Positions 11,575 through 24,530 of a stretch of DNA of 64,000 bases are shown here, one piece after another (position 1 is the stretch's first letter; every line of letters starts with the position of its first letter). The notes beneath the pieces were generated by a model. It was not told the DNA's origin, made no database searches, and was given only the letters and a program-made list of their open reading frames with translations. The translations under genes were made by a program, and so were the position numbers. This stretch comes from Amoebophrya sp. A120. Its lineage: Eukaryota; Protista; Dinoflagellata. The stretch spans positions 2,484,281 to 2,548,280 of the forward strand of contig CAJINV010000013.1 of the NCBI GenBank assembly GCA_905178155.1. Reading direction: 5' to 3'.

Positions 11575-14481
11575 ATGATCGAGCACGCGGAGAGGCTCCG
11601 CGCTTACCTGATGGAAATCTCAGTCGAGGACGCTCGTTACTGCCTTATTGCCATCGTTCTGACGCAATGGCTCCTGTCGTCCACGGTGTCGATGTTGAAC
11701 GTCGGGAATTTGAAGCGCCCGCTGGACCCGCTGATCCCGAAATTGTACGGGCCGTCGGTCTTGGAAAAGTACGAAAAATCGAAGGCCTACATCATGGTAT
11801 GAAAGTGAAACTTTTAAATTGTACAACGTGTGCCTGCGAGTTGAAGTGTTATGCACAGTTTCCGACTGGTTCTCCCCTGGCCGTGGGGTCGGTGTACAAC
11901 TAGGTGTAAAAATTTGCCCACTGCGCAACCTATCTTTTTTGCTCAACAACAAACCTCCTGGTGGAAAAAAAAACACTAAATAATAATTCACATCAGGAAA
12001 AGAACACCTTCGGTGAGATTCACGGTGCTTGGGGCCAGTTTATCGCGTTTGCACTCTGGTTCGGCAAGGGATACCCCATGTTGGACCAGGCCCTGAAGGC
12101 GTATTTTAAGGACAGCGACCTCAGCCCCGCGACCTTGGGGACAATATACCTTTTGGTGTTGATGTACGCGACCAGTATCCTAGACCTGCCCTGGGGCTGG
12201 TACAGCAACTTTGTTCTGGAAGAAAAATACGGCTTCAACCGGATGACGCTCATGACCTGGCTCAAGGACACACTCAAAGGGTATAATTTTGTTGAGATGT
12301 TGCACGACATGCAACACAACTGTAGGAGAAGGATAAGGATTGACGCTAATGCGAAAGGCAAAGCAACTACAACCGCTAGGATAGTTGTAATGCACCAGCA
12401 AATTATTTGAAATTTGAATTTTTGAAAAGCAAAAGCGTCGAAGTCTGCATGACATTCACATTGTTGACTCATTGATAAAAACAAACAGTTGGGCACTCAC
12501 CCTGGTTCTTGGTGGCGGCTTTATGTACGTCTTCCTTTTGATCCTCACAAACTTCGCGGTGGAGCAGTATTGGTGGCTCCTAGCGAGCTTCATGATGGCC
12601 TTTCAGCTCATCATGCTGGTCTTGCAGCCGTGGATCATGAAGCTATTCCTGGAGTTCATCCCCATTGAAGGCGGGTTGGCGTTTGTCACAAGAGGGAAGG
12701 CGGACAAGTTCATGAAGAATAGGTGTTTGATAATTAATGCTTTTTTTGACATTTATCGTTGCTGGCCAGGAGGAAGAACAAGCTGTTCTCACGCTGAGTT
12801 GTTCTTCATCGAATTTCCGTTGTCGCTACTGCTGATCCAGATTGTTGAGATTGCTAGTACTTGAGCAGGACCCATCCAGCATTGCATTGCAATAGATACC
12901 AACAGGAACAAATGAAATTTAGCAAGCAGCCTGGTACTGATCCTGAGTTTGTCTTTGTCGAGAAATCGATGCACACCATATTTACGAAAAGGTATTTTTA
13001 CCCCTCTGCTTCCGGTGAGGAGAACGTTTTTGAAACCAGAGACTCTCAATACAAGGGCCAGGCGAAGGGGAGTTGTCTGCAGCTCCGGCAAATCGACAGC
13101 AAGTGGGTCATTTGCGAGAAGGATAACAACGAAACCGTCCACGCAACCGCTGCCTCAAGTAGTAGCTCCATGCCCCAGGACGTGTCCAGTTGGGACTACA
13201 AATGCACGGAGAAAAAGGACGACAAAGCGGCATCCGATAACGCCACGGATTCACTATTGGCAGAAAAATCCTCCGAAGGCGAAGAATCATCCGCGACAAA
13301 ACGAGCGGCCAATAACGACGAGGAGGAGTCAAAGCCGTTGTGGGTGAAAAAAATCGACATGGGCGACTTGAGATCACGACTCGAGTCCATGGCAAACGAA
13401 CACAAATTCAAATTCCAAGCCGTGTACAGTTGTGATTCTTGTGTTGTTTACTCTTTGTATTATAGTATTTTGGCAGCCTGGTGTCCACAAAAGTTTTTCG
13501 CGGCGGAAGAATGTTCTTAAGTAGGATAGAAGCGCAAGCGCACGAGCACGACGATGGTTTCCATGATCGCATTCGAGACTACTTACGTCAACATCAAAAA
13601 CGCAATCATGCACAGCTACATCATCGACGGCAGTACCCGGTCGGAACACTCGAATGCGTTTTTCATGGGTTTCGGGTGGTTCCGGAAGATCTGCCTGTAC
13701 GATACGCTGTTGAAAAACCTCTCCGTCGACAGCGTCTGTGGCATCATGGGGCACGAGATGGGGCACTGCGTCATGCTGCACATTCCGAAGAACGTGGTTT
13801 TTGCGGCCGTCCAGTCCTTTTTCATGCTCTACTGCATCGCACAGTTCTTGTACAACAAAACCCTGCACGCGGCCTTCTTCGTGGACGTTTCCGATCCGGC
13901 CAACATCACGCCCTGGATTGGCTTGATCATTGTGCAGAACTTACTCACCCCACTCTTTTTCTTCCTCGGTCTCTTGTCCAACTACCGAACAAGAAAATAC
14001 GAGTACGAAGCGGACCAGTTTGCCGTGGAAAGTTTCGAGAAAAACTACGCCCAGGACCTCATCACGGGACTGAAAGGTATTTGCTTACTACTGGCGAAGA
14101 TACACCAGCGTAGATGTGAGCATACAGCATTCGTGATCGTAATCTGTCGCCTCTGACTTCTAAAAACATTTCGTGGGGGCGGTGGAAGACAAATTTCTAT
14201 CGGCACACGCTGTTGCATGCATGCACAACTGGTGCAGCTTCAATGAAATATGGAGCTCCTGGTCTGCTCCCCTCCGCCTTTGCTTTATTTTGCGATAGAA
14301 TTTTTGCTGTCGAAATGAAAAATTCCTAGGTCTTCTTATGGAAAACAAGTCGCATTTGAACCCTCATTGGCTCTATGTGATGCTGAATCACTCCCATCCG
14401 ACATTGACGCAACGAGTCCGGTGGATTCAGTCCCTGTCAACGAAACGCGAGGGAAAGGACATTATCCGCCTGGACGCGTGA
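11575..14481 (+). CDS. STE24: CAAX prenyl protease 1 (peptidase M48A)
   Basis: Exons 11575-11796, 11997-12280, 12489-12722, 12896-13423, 13616-14076, 14330-14481, all GT-AG. Motifs FVLEEKYGFN, DGSTRSEHSNAF, HEMGH (HExxH), EYEADQFA, SHPTLTQRV. Confidence 0.95.
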
Positions 14482-15781
14482 GGATGAAACACCGCGGTAG
14501 CAGCGCCTGCGTAATTTCTTTTCGATGTAGTACGTAACAACCAGCTACAGTGGTCCTCGTGGTAAGGCAGCGGCCAAGGAGCTGGACGTGCTGGTGGGGA
14601 GAGTGGACGTCCCGGTAGTTATTTGATTCGAAATTGCCAAGCAAGCGGAGCCCGCACCGAGACATGAATTTGGCCCCTGCTGAGTAGTACCCTTTCGTAA
14701 GAAGTACTTATCCCAGCTCCGAACTACTACAAGCACAAGCTCGCCTAAATCTCCTTGTTAGTCGTGCTGCCCAGCAGCTCCCCTGCTATGCAATCTACGC
14801 ACGAGTGAGAGTATTGACAGCGCCAACGAGCACTGCAGTACGCGTGCTCCATCGAACACCGATGGCTGTTCGCGTGCGTCATAGAGACACAACAACGTGG
14901 TTTGATAGGCGGACTACAATCGTCATAATAGATTGTACTTCTAACAGAAACTCCTGACATGAGGCAGTTCTCGTGGTTGCCTTTGGCTGCATGCTTGTTC
15001 AGGGTTAAGATCTTCGCACTAAAAATGCACTTTCAAATAGTCACTCTCGGTAAAAGACGAAAAAACATTACACATAGCTTCATTTGTATTTCCGCCCTGA
15101 GTGGATCATGCGATCAAAAAAATTACGGTAGTGCTACGTTCGGTTTCACGAAATCAACTCATGCATGCCTAGTGCAAGAAATCTTCAAAGGATCATGACT
15201 AAGTAGCCAGAAGAAGTATGTCGCAGATTCGTGGCAAGTACTCGGTCGCAGTAGAAGTCGGTGATTGATCTTCTCGGTCGTTCAAGGGTGCATACTTATA
15301 AGATCAGTAGGTTTTGCTGCGCACGAAATGACAAGTAAATCCGTCGACGAGGATCCTATGGATTTGCATGTTGTAGTTGAAATTTATTCGGTTTCTCGGT
15401 CAATACTTGATGTAGGAGCTCCTCGGAGGGCTGTTCCTTCTACTCAGTGGAAATAGAACTAGAAGCGAAAATCGCACGAAGACATAAATATATCCAACGG
15501 AGCCTCTCCTCCAAACAATTTACAGGGAAACCAACAATCTAAAACTGATATATAAAGCGTATTTGCTTTTGCTTTGACACCAATCCGACTACAACCTCCA
15601 CTTCGCAAAGAAACATTTATATATCCTGGAAGAACAAAGTAGAACTCTTCTGCTTTTTCCGCCTCAAAGTCATTCAGTCGAAGTACTAACTACAACAAGT
15701 ACCTGTACCTCTTTATTTGTCGCTTGATTTCCATTTTCTTATCCTTTTCTAACCCCAAGAAGCCCAACACTTCTCTTGAAA

Positions 15782-18700
15782 ATGTCCGCCGCCTTCAAGC
15801 ACAGCAACATTGACGACGAAAAGGCTACTCTGCTCGAGGAGGGCCAGCTGAGCAACACGGTCTACGACCAGGAGCACCACCATATTGACGGGCACGACAA
15901 TATCACAAGAAAAAGTGTTTACGTTTACGGTTTTCCACCTTTTTTTGGAAAATTTTTTTTTTGTGGCTACTCAGCACTACCAATTTCGATTTTTTTTTTC
16001 TCGCAGCCGCGCAGCGATATCCTTCGCCCTTTCGGGGCTCTGAAGTAGTAAAATTGTCGGGACGCAGCTCGCGCGCAAGATGCGAAGACTATGAAGCGCC
16101 GCCGCAACATTGCGCCCCTTCAAACTTTGAAAGACCTGCCCAAGCCCTGTCCGGGCTCCAGGGCAATGATGGCCGTAAGCAGGTGACCCAGGGCCCCAGG
16201 CATTGGTGACGAGATCCGCCCCCGAAGGCGTCGTAACCATCGACACCGGAGAGGGACCTGCTTGGGTGAGGGGAAATGGATCATAGCGCGCTGTCTAGAG
16301 ATGACGTTTACGGTTTTTTAGGGTAGTGGAGAAATCCGAGGAAAAAAGCATGAACTTGGCACCATTTCGAGGCCAAAAATTGCAAATCCCAGAAAAACCG
16401 TAAACACCTTACCTAGACAGCACGCTATGATCCATTTGCCTCCAATAAAACTGGGGCAAGCACGGAAGCACACTTTTTGGACAGGGAAATCGAGCATAGC
16501 GTGCTGGCTAGAGAGGGCGTTTACGGTTTTTGGGGTCAATTTCATACAAAACAGCAGGTTTTCGGAGGGATGGATCGATCATACCGTCGTGATTAGGTGA
16601 CATGTTTGCGGTTTTTTGGGTGCCGGCAAATTTTGGGCTTTTTGGTGCCCAAAATTTGCCATTTTTGTACATCCTCAAAAATGCGACTTTTTCTCCAGTC
16701 ATGGAGAACATTTGGCTAGAAGTTCCAAAAGGTCCGAGATGGAAGTTAAGAAGGCCGCACAGCGATAAAGTGGTGGCGATGCCATGCAGATGCCAGCTCT
16801 TAGACTCACAAGTCCGTGTCACAGCCACTCCTCGGGGCTGGACCGTCCTGACCCGGGTCCAAGAGCCGACGTTGAGGGACGGGCACAGCATCAGGTGGCT
16901 CCGGTGGGCGACATTCCGCGTCGCCATACCTTGTGCACTGGCTAGATCCAACCCAGTGAGCTACTGCAGAGTCCCGCAATAGCTAACAGAGTCAACGAGT
17001 CAGCTTGAATGTCTAAAAAATGCCCCCAATGCACAGCCAAAAAATTTTTAATCCAAAAAACGACAAACCGTAAACGTAAACGCTTTTTCTTTCGATAGAC
17101 CAGGTCTACGACCAGGAACACCATCATGTTGACGGCCACGACAACGTCATTGTCACGGCCAAATCTTAACGCAGAGGCACCCGGCGCTAAATGTAATCGA
17201 AACGCAATTCAAATGAAATTCAAAAGTTCAGCAATTTCAGTTTTTTCGAGTAGGAGAGTCGTAGTGCTTCTAGGTTTGCAAGTATAATGAGTTGCATCAG
17301 TAGCCCTAGCCCTTACTAGATTCGCAAGCGATTTTCGTGCTCTTTGCGAGCATGCTTCTTTTCGAGTATTCCAGTCACACCGCCGAGCTTTCGCATTCCA
17401 GCTAGATCGCTTATTAGCGCCTCCGCAGCTTGTGTTTGACCATCGGCAACAAGGCCGGCTTTCCTTCTCTGATGGTCTTTTAGCTACGGTCTGCCCTTCC
17501 TCTTGCCTATCTAGTCCTGCGCGCGCCCCTTTATCGTAGTTCTTTACCCTCTCGGCATTTGTACAGGAGGATGAGCTGCGGCCTTTGCACATCTTGATAC
17601 GGTAGCGATATTTGCACGCTGTTTCGCCACCGTGGGCGAGGAACAGGCGATCTTGCAGTGAACAACCCCGCAGGGGAAAGGCCTCTTCTTTCCTCATCTG
17701 ATAGAGATATGCAATATCTGGTCGGCTGTATATCGGCTTCTGACATAGCGATTCTTTTATTGCCTCCTCCGTTTCTGTCGGGAATGCAGCTCCTCTGTTC
17801 TTGTCCTCCAAACGGAATCCAGGCATACGACACAAACGCCCCGACCGGTTTTCGATCGTTTCGGCTAAGTATTTTTTTTTTCGGCAGTGTGCCGCGCCAT
17901 TACGCAGGGGACGGGGTATGTCGCTTGATGGGGCCGGGCCATGCTTTATGGTGGGCCCCGCTGTGTCCGTTCGTGGTGGCGCGCGCGCACCTTTTCTGGT
18001 TTTCCTGCTCTCTTGCCCTGCTTGCCCATCCCGCCTGGGCAGCTGCACGTCGGTGTGTGGAGGGCGATGTGCCCGACGAAGCTCTGCCGGGCGGAGTTCG
18101 TATACTTCTTTTCATTCATTTCGATTTGGTCTGGAACATCAATGCACCAATCAATGCCAGATTGCCTCCGAAAGTTCAAAACTTCAAACTTTTGAAATTC
18201 GTTCGAATTGCGTGCAGATATGAATTAGCGCACGCGTCCTTTGGAGTTAACGGTCTACGACCAGGAGCACCATCATGTTGACGGCCACGACAACGTCATC
18301 GTCACGGCCAAATCCGCAGCTCCTACCTCGGGCGAGGTGAGTGTGGTGACGCGCCGGGAGCGGCGGGAGAGGCACAAGAAGTGGTTCTCTGACAACAGTG
18401 CCATTGTGCTGCTGTACACCATGATGCAACTTTCGTCCTTCGAGTTTCTCGTGGGGGGGTTTCTCACCTTCTTCGGGGTCCAGTTCGCGAACGAAAAAGC
18501 GCATTTCAGCTTTTTCAACAACATCCATTCCGGCTACGACATCCCAGCGGGTCTGCTCATTCCCGTCGGGTTTATCTCCTTGCTGCTGCTCCCAGCCAAG
18601 TACTACCTCATGGTCTACAAGTTCGGGGCCACTTTTTGCTCCTTCCTTACCCTGCTGATCGCCTACGGTCTGCAGCTCGTGTTTCTCGCCGTTTTGCACC

Positions 18701-18966
18701 CGCTGTGGCTGCTGTCCCCGTTGTTTTTCATCGTCGCCCAGTGCCCCAGCCAGGACGTCGCGTTCTCGTTTTTGCTGACAATCATCGTCCTGACGCGGTA
18801 CTGGATGCTGTTCCTGACGATCTACTCCATGTGCAAGGTCACGGGAAACCACGTCCACTACGGCAAGAGCCTGTGGCGCATCGTGCGCAGCGACGGCAAA
18901 AAGGTGGCGTCCGCGATGGAAGGCAAGAAGGAGGAAGTAGAGACGGAACAGATTGTGGAGTACTAA
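15782..18966 (+). CDS. Multi-pass membrane protein with triplicated N-terminal VYDQEHHHxDGHD segment, split by two >1 kb TIR elements
   Basis: Exon 15782-~15900, mini-exon ~17099-17165, exon ~18252-18966 with several hydrophobic helices. Confidence 0.75.
15901..17097. mobile_element. 1197-bp TIR element, TATC...GATA family
   Basis: TATCACAAGAAAAAGTGTTTACGTTTACGGTTT versus inverse TATCGAAAGAAAAAGCGTTTACGTTTACGGTTT; flanks GACAA / GACCA (5 bp, one mismatch). Confidence 0.85.
17166..18250. mobile_element. 1085-bp TIR element with TTAA at both ends
   Basis: ~65-bp imperfect TIR (TTAAC...GCGCTAA...ACGCAATTC...TTTCAAAAGTT); flanked by a 63-bp direct repeat of exon sequence. Confidence 0.8.
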
Positions 18967-20943
18967 TTCGGACGCATTGAGCATGTTGAGGACAACTAAG
19001 GGGACCACTACGACGATAAAGATTTAATTGTACACTTTCATCTTTCTAATTCTACTGACACTGATACTATTCTATTGACATCACAGCGAAGTTCTTCACA
19101 ATTGAGTTTGACAGTTTGAGATTGACACGTCAAAATGGAAGCAGCTTGATGCCACCAGTTGGTTTCTTTACGGCAACAAAACCAAGCGAATCGCAAGACC
19201 TCTATGGCGAATCGCAGGATAGCCTCTAACGAGCCTGAAACGATGATTATCATTCTCGCTACAGTATGCTACTAGGTCGGTAAACTACGCGAGATGATTT
19301 TTTAGATATCCCCTTCGGAAGATTTTTTTTAACAGAAGTGACATCTGACACAACTAAGATCTTTCGGAATAAACGAAGTCTTTAGTTCGAAGCTACACGA
19401 CATGTCAGTTCATAGTTTTTTTCGGGACCACGAGCCAGTGGAGAAGAAAAAATCCTATGATCGAAGGCTACTCCCACTGACTTGTTGGTGCAGTCGACAA
19501 AATTCATGAAAGTCAAGAAAAGGAATACTGTTGCCCTACAACTACCACCTTGGTACACCGGCAACATCAACAACAAAACGAGAACCGAAGGAACTCCAGA
19601 CGGAAACAAGGCTGCTCGTTTTTATAACCGTTTTTCTTCTTTATCAACAAACACAAAGTCGACAACAAATGAACTTGATGAAGCCTTACTCTACTTCGAT
19701 TTTTCACCAGATGGCAACATACAAGTTCAGTTCCGTGGCGTTTGAGCGCGGCTGAGCATCTTGGATAGGATATTATTTTAAGTACACAGCACATTGGTAA
19801 AAATGATCCCCCGGATCATTGTGATTTCTGTTGTTTAGCTGTCGCACGCGCCGCATGGTGATGTTGTTGAAAAAACCGCTCTATTACCTTGAAAATTGAA
19901 AGCAACGCCCCTTTTCGTACCGGCTTTGATGGACATCGGTCGAAGGCGCTTTCGTCTAGTTGAAAGCGCCTCCGATACTGAGCTCTGTCACGACCGGTGC
20001 GAAAATTTTAGACTGGGATAGCAAGACAAAGATCAAACTGTAAGGAGCTCGCCAGGACGAGTTGGCCTTCGGAGGAGCGGCTACTCAGGCGACAATAATT
20101 CGCGATTTCAAAAGTGTTCAACAGTAGACACTGCGCACAGGCTTCTGTTTTGGCTCCGTTCCGACGTGCTGCTTGCCCATTTGTTACCCTAGCATGGTGA
20201 TGGGGTCAATACACTCAAAGCTCACAAAAAATTGTAACACGAGTCGAAGTCCACGTCCAGGACCTGGACGTGAAGCGAAAGCATATGCTTCATTTGAAAA
20301 AGAAACCTTTTGCAATGCCATTTGACGTGCAAGATAAACCTTTCGGATCTTCTTCTTCATCAGGAAGCGCTCGCATACTCGCATAGCGACAGATCTTTTT
20401 CCAGTCTAGGTTTTTCCAGCACGAGGCCCCCACAGTAGAGGAAAGGTGGCATTTTCAGTATGAATAGGTTGGCACTTGATGAAAAGAACCGTAGTTCACG
20501 TTGTGGTAGCTGGCCTTACAGCTCATTTGACGGAAACTACAGAAGATGATCCAAGAAACACGGCAGAGTAGAGCAGCCACGTCGTTTGTAGCCACGAAAG
20601 GAAGATCGCGTCGCCATGGTACTTAGAAGTCATCAATAGTCAGTTTCGAACAAAACATGCCAGTCAAAGTGAGTAGAAGTAGTCGTGACGAAATTATTTG
20701 AAAAAATTATAAAAATCACTAGAACAAGTAATAAGCTACGAGCACGCAAGTTGAAGTTGAACTGCCGATGAGGTTCTTTAGTACTGGGTAGACGTCGAAC
20801 TGATTAGAAAACACCACCAACTTCTCCAGAAGTGCGGAGGTCTTGCAGCTCCCGATAAGTTGTACTTATGTAACTATAGCAACACTGTTAGCTAGTACTT
20901 CGTTCTATCCATCCGGGACCGGGAGGTCGTCCTCGTCGCCCCC

Positions 20944-23061
20944 ATGACGAAAGTCCCGGATTCGCAAGCGGGGTGCAAAGTTGCCGTCCGACTGTTGCCC
21001 CCGGAGCTGGACTCCGAGAGTTTCAAAACGTCCCTAGCCCCGGAGTTCGAGAAGAAAATCAAGTTCTACCGCTTCCAAAACGGGGCCAAGGGGGACAAAA
21101 CGAAAAAGCACGCTACCGTGTTTGCGCAATTTGACACGAAGGAGAGCGCTCGGAAGTTCATACGTACAGAAACTTCTTGATTTTTGTCCACGACACTACA
21201 CCCGGAGCACAATTCACGACTACCGTAGCAAAAAGAAGGGGTGAAAAGATTATAGAATTAATCATAGACACTACGATGAATGTTGACAAAAGCAACTTCT
21301 ATTTCTGTATTTGTATTTTATTGGCTCTGTATGTATCAATAAAACAGGTTCGTATAACGGGCACCTTTTCCAAGTCGAAGAAGGTGGGCAGAAGTATGAA
21401 AGGAGCCCTGACCAAGAGCATCTGTTTTCAGTGAAGAAGTTTCAGTTGCGCACTTCGCAGAAGAACGGGGAACTTATAGTTGCCTCCACCACAGGTTGTA
21501 CACACAAAGATATAAACACCAACTGCTTGCGCAGGTCCAGCTGCTGCTGCGTCTCTCTGCATGAAGAAATAAAGATGTAAAAGGGCGCTGATATTCTCCA
21601 TCATAATTCACGAAAAACAAGATACAATTATTTTCTCCAATCCATACCACGTACGCTGCCGTCGCCACGATGGCACCAAACCAGCGGCCGCACAACTACC
21701 GAGTGCCCCAAATGGAGGAGTGTGCCTTGCAGGAACTGGAAAAAGGCGGCCCACCTGAAAGTACGTCGAAGCCCAGCAGCAAGGGCGGCACGTCCTCCGG
21801 GGGTGGCAGCAGCGGGTCAACAGCTCAACAAACCGACGGCACCTCGAAACCGCCGAAAGTGGGCTGCGAGCAGAGCGGCGTGGACCTGTATCGCAAATTG
21901 GCCTACCTGAAGTCGCGCTACGCCTATGCGAAGTACGCGGGGCTAAAAGACGAAATAGACCCAGAGGGTTTGCACGCGGAGATGGAGCAGACCGCAGAAA
22001 AACTTGCGACGATAGAAAAGCAGCATGGCACACAGGGTAGTACAACTGGTGGCGCCGGAATTTCTTCTTCTCGGAAGGGCAAGGGCAAGAATCGGGGCAA
22101 GCTGCGCGATCAAAACAAGGGAGAACAGCAGGACAGTCCACGAAATATTAGAGACGACACTGCAAATGTTGACAATGACGGCGCGGCTTCCCAGGAAGTC
22201 TACCAACTAGACGGGTTCTTCCAGAAATATGACCCATCCGTGGACGAAAAGCGCATCTTCGAGTCCACACTAGTCGGGAAGTACTTCCGGCTCTGTCAAA
22301 AAGCCATCCAGGCTCAGATTGAAGAGTCGCAGAACAGCGCGAATGCGCTCCCTCCAGGTAAGCTGCCCCCGCCCCCGCCTGGGTTGAAAACGAAAAAACT
22401 GATCGACACGGAAAGGACCGTGGATGTGGAAGAGAAAAACACGCCGCTGCTGGTATCCTGAGTAAAAATATCCCCACACCAGAGTCAAGATGGGAAACCC
22501 GCTAGACAAATCAGCCACCTCTGGTTGTTTCGCATGACAAGTTGTGTCCTCGTAGTGTAATCCTGTTTAGCTAGTTCCGAAGCATGACAGATCTCGCATA
22601 TCATGCTGATTCTAGCATCACAAATTCGCTCACAGGACTACAAAACGGCTCTCATGGGGCTCCGCATGAGAAACTTTTTTGGCATGCAGATTTGCATGAG
22701 AACTCTGGGGAGGGGACATTTTTACTCAGGATAGCTGGCGCAAGTGAAGATCGACAGGAGTCGGTCGCGGAGGGAGAGGGACCGGCAAAGGGGAAACGCG
22801 ACGCGGGGGGGCAAGAAGATCAATCCTTTGGGCGAGATTCTGGAGGATGAGGAATTTGACGACGATGGGAACAACAGCGATGACGCGTTCTATGTGAACA
22901 GTGGCGCGGCCGCGGACCGGAAGGGCATGCAGGACGACGCAGATCTGTTTTCGTCGCGCAGGGACACGGGCCTCGCCACCGGCAGTAAGTCTGCTTCCGG
23001 GAACAAGAAGGAAAAGTCGCGGAATAGAAGAGGGAACAGGAAATCAGGTAAAACTACTTGA
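20944..23061 (+). CDS. UPF3: Nonsense-mediated decay factor UPF3/Smg4-like protein
   Basis: KVAVRLLPP, F..YNGHLF, KYAAVATMAPNQ and the TPLL motif are typical of Smg4/UPF3. Introns 21164-21347 (GT-AG), ~21394-21650 (GT-AC), 22453-22734. Confidence 0.8.
22454..22733. mobile_element. 280-bp introner, TATC family, TSD GCTGG
   Basis: TATCCTGAGTAAAAATATCCCC / GGGGACATTTTTACTCAGGATA; GCTGG at 22449-22453 and 22734-22738. Confidence 0.92.
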
Positions 23062-23242
23062 GATTAATAGACGAAAATGGTAATCGAGGAACAGACTATG
23101 ACTAGGGTCAGGAAAACAGATCAATGAAGGGAACAAGTACTATCGAACCAAATGAAGTACTGTTGTGTTTCACGTTTACAATCACATTTTTTTTCTTCCT
23201 GCAAAAACACAACATCTTGATCCTCCAACAACCCCCACGATC

Positions 23243-24530
23243 ATGGACCCAGGCGACCAGGAGCTCGTTCGTATCACCTGCAACGGTTGCAAGAAGCGCA
23301 AGCGTTGCGTGCAGGACAAGCAGACCGGCAAGTTTTACTGTCGCCGGTGCCGCACGCCCTCCACGACCGGAGGTGGAGGTGGAGCGACCGGAGCAGGCGC
23401 GACTGGCCAGAATATGAAAGCCGAAGCGAGCGCCGCCTCCTCTGCCAAGAAATCCCGCGGCGAGCGGTCGTCCACGGAACGGCGGGAACAGAGACGCGCC
23501 GAGCGGGCAGCCGCGAGGGCGGCTGGAAGTAGGGGTGGCCAGGGAGGTGCTGATGTGGACAGTTACAAGGACGAGCAGAAGAAGGGCTCTTCCTCCTTCG
23601 ATCCACCATCCCGGTCTACCGGCGGCGGAGCCGGAGGATCGTCTTCAAGCACTGGCTATGTATTGCAAAAGCAGATCGTCCAAGTAGCAGTTGCATTTAG
23701 AAGTACATCAAATTAATACAGATTTGCTCAGCATGATGTTCTTGACAACTTCCATTTGTCATGGTGGATTGCCTCAGAAACCAGTAGTTTTGTCATTATG
23801 CATAAATCGCAACCACTACTAGTACGATGCGACCTTTGCACAGGATACCGGCGGAGGCGGAAATGGACCAGGGAGCACGGACGCGGTACAAGATCTACTA
23901 TTGATCTGTTTTTCTTTGTCATGCAGGGATTCGCATAATGATAGATAAAGATAATCACAAACTTTGTCTATGCATAAACGAGATTTTATCCCACCAACGA
24001 AATAACAGTCCGACCGCCGACTCCGGGACCAGCTGCGAGATAGCAAACCGGCCCCGATCGTGCACATGCCCGGCGGAGCTTCACCACCGGCAGCTGCAAG
24101 CAGCAAGCCATTGAAATCTTCCCGTGTAGGAGCTGTTGACCACGACGAGTCGTATCCAGACAATTCAGGAACTACAACTCGCGGCGCTGCTACTGCAGAT
24201 AAAAACTCGTCGAACACGTGGACCAAAGCTGCAAGCACTAGTACAACTTCCGCGAAACAAGAAAAGAGCGGAACTAGTACAAGCGGTGGCAATTCATCCA
24301 CCTCGGAGCAGAAGTGTTCGGGCTGTGGGTCCTACAAGAAGAAAGTAGAAAAGGGGTACTGCATATCCAGGAAAAAACACCCATCCCCATCCATTTTTTG
24401 CATGGCAAATAGTGGACTTTATGCATGTTTTGCATCACAAATTGGATGGGGATGGGTGTTTTTTCCTGGATACTGCAACGACTGCTGGGACAAATGGAGC
24501 AGCTGGAAAAAGGATAAGAGGAAGCGCTAA
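23243..24530 (+). CDS. Low-complexity protein with N- and C-terminal C4 zinc-finger-like motifs
   Basis: CNGC...CRRC and CSGC...CNDC; GT-AG introns 23660-23822 and 23886-24008; introner at 24364. Confidence 0.75.
24364..24472. mobile_element. 109-bp introner, TATC family, TSD CTGCA
   Basis: Perfect 30-bp TIR TATCCAGGAAAAAACACCCATCCCCATCCA; CTGCA at 24359-24363 and 24473-24477; interrupts YCNDC. Confidence 0.93.

Noticed and set aside
19000-20900. Short ORFs in the intergenic stretch
   Set aside because: No motifs, codon bias or splice structure to support a gene.
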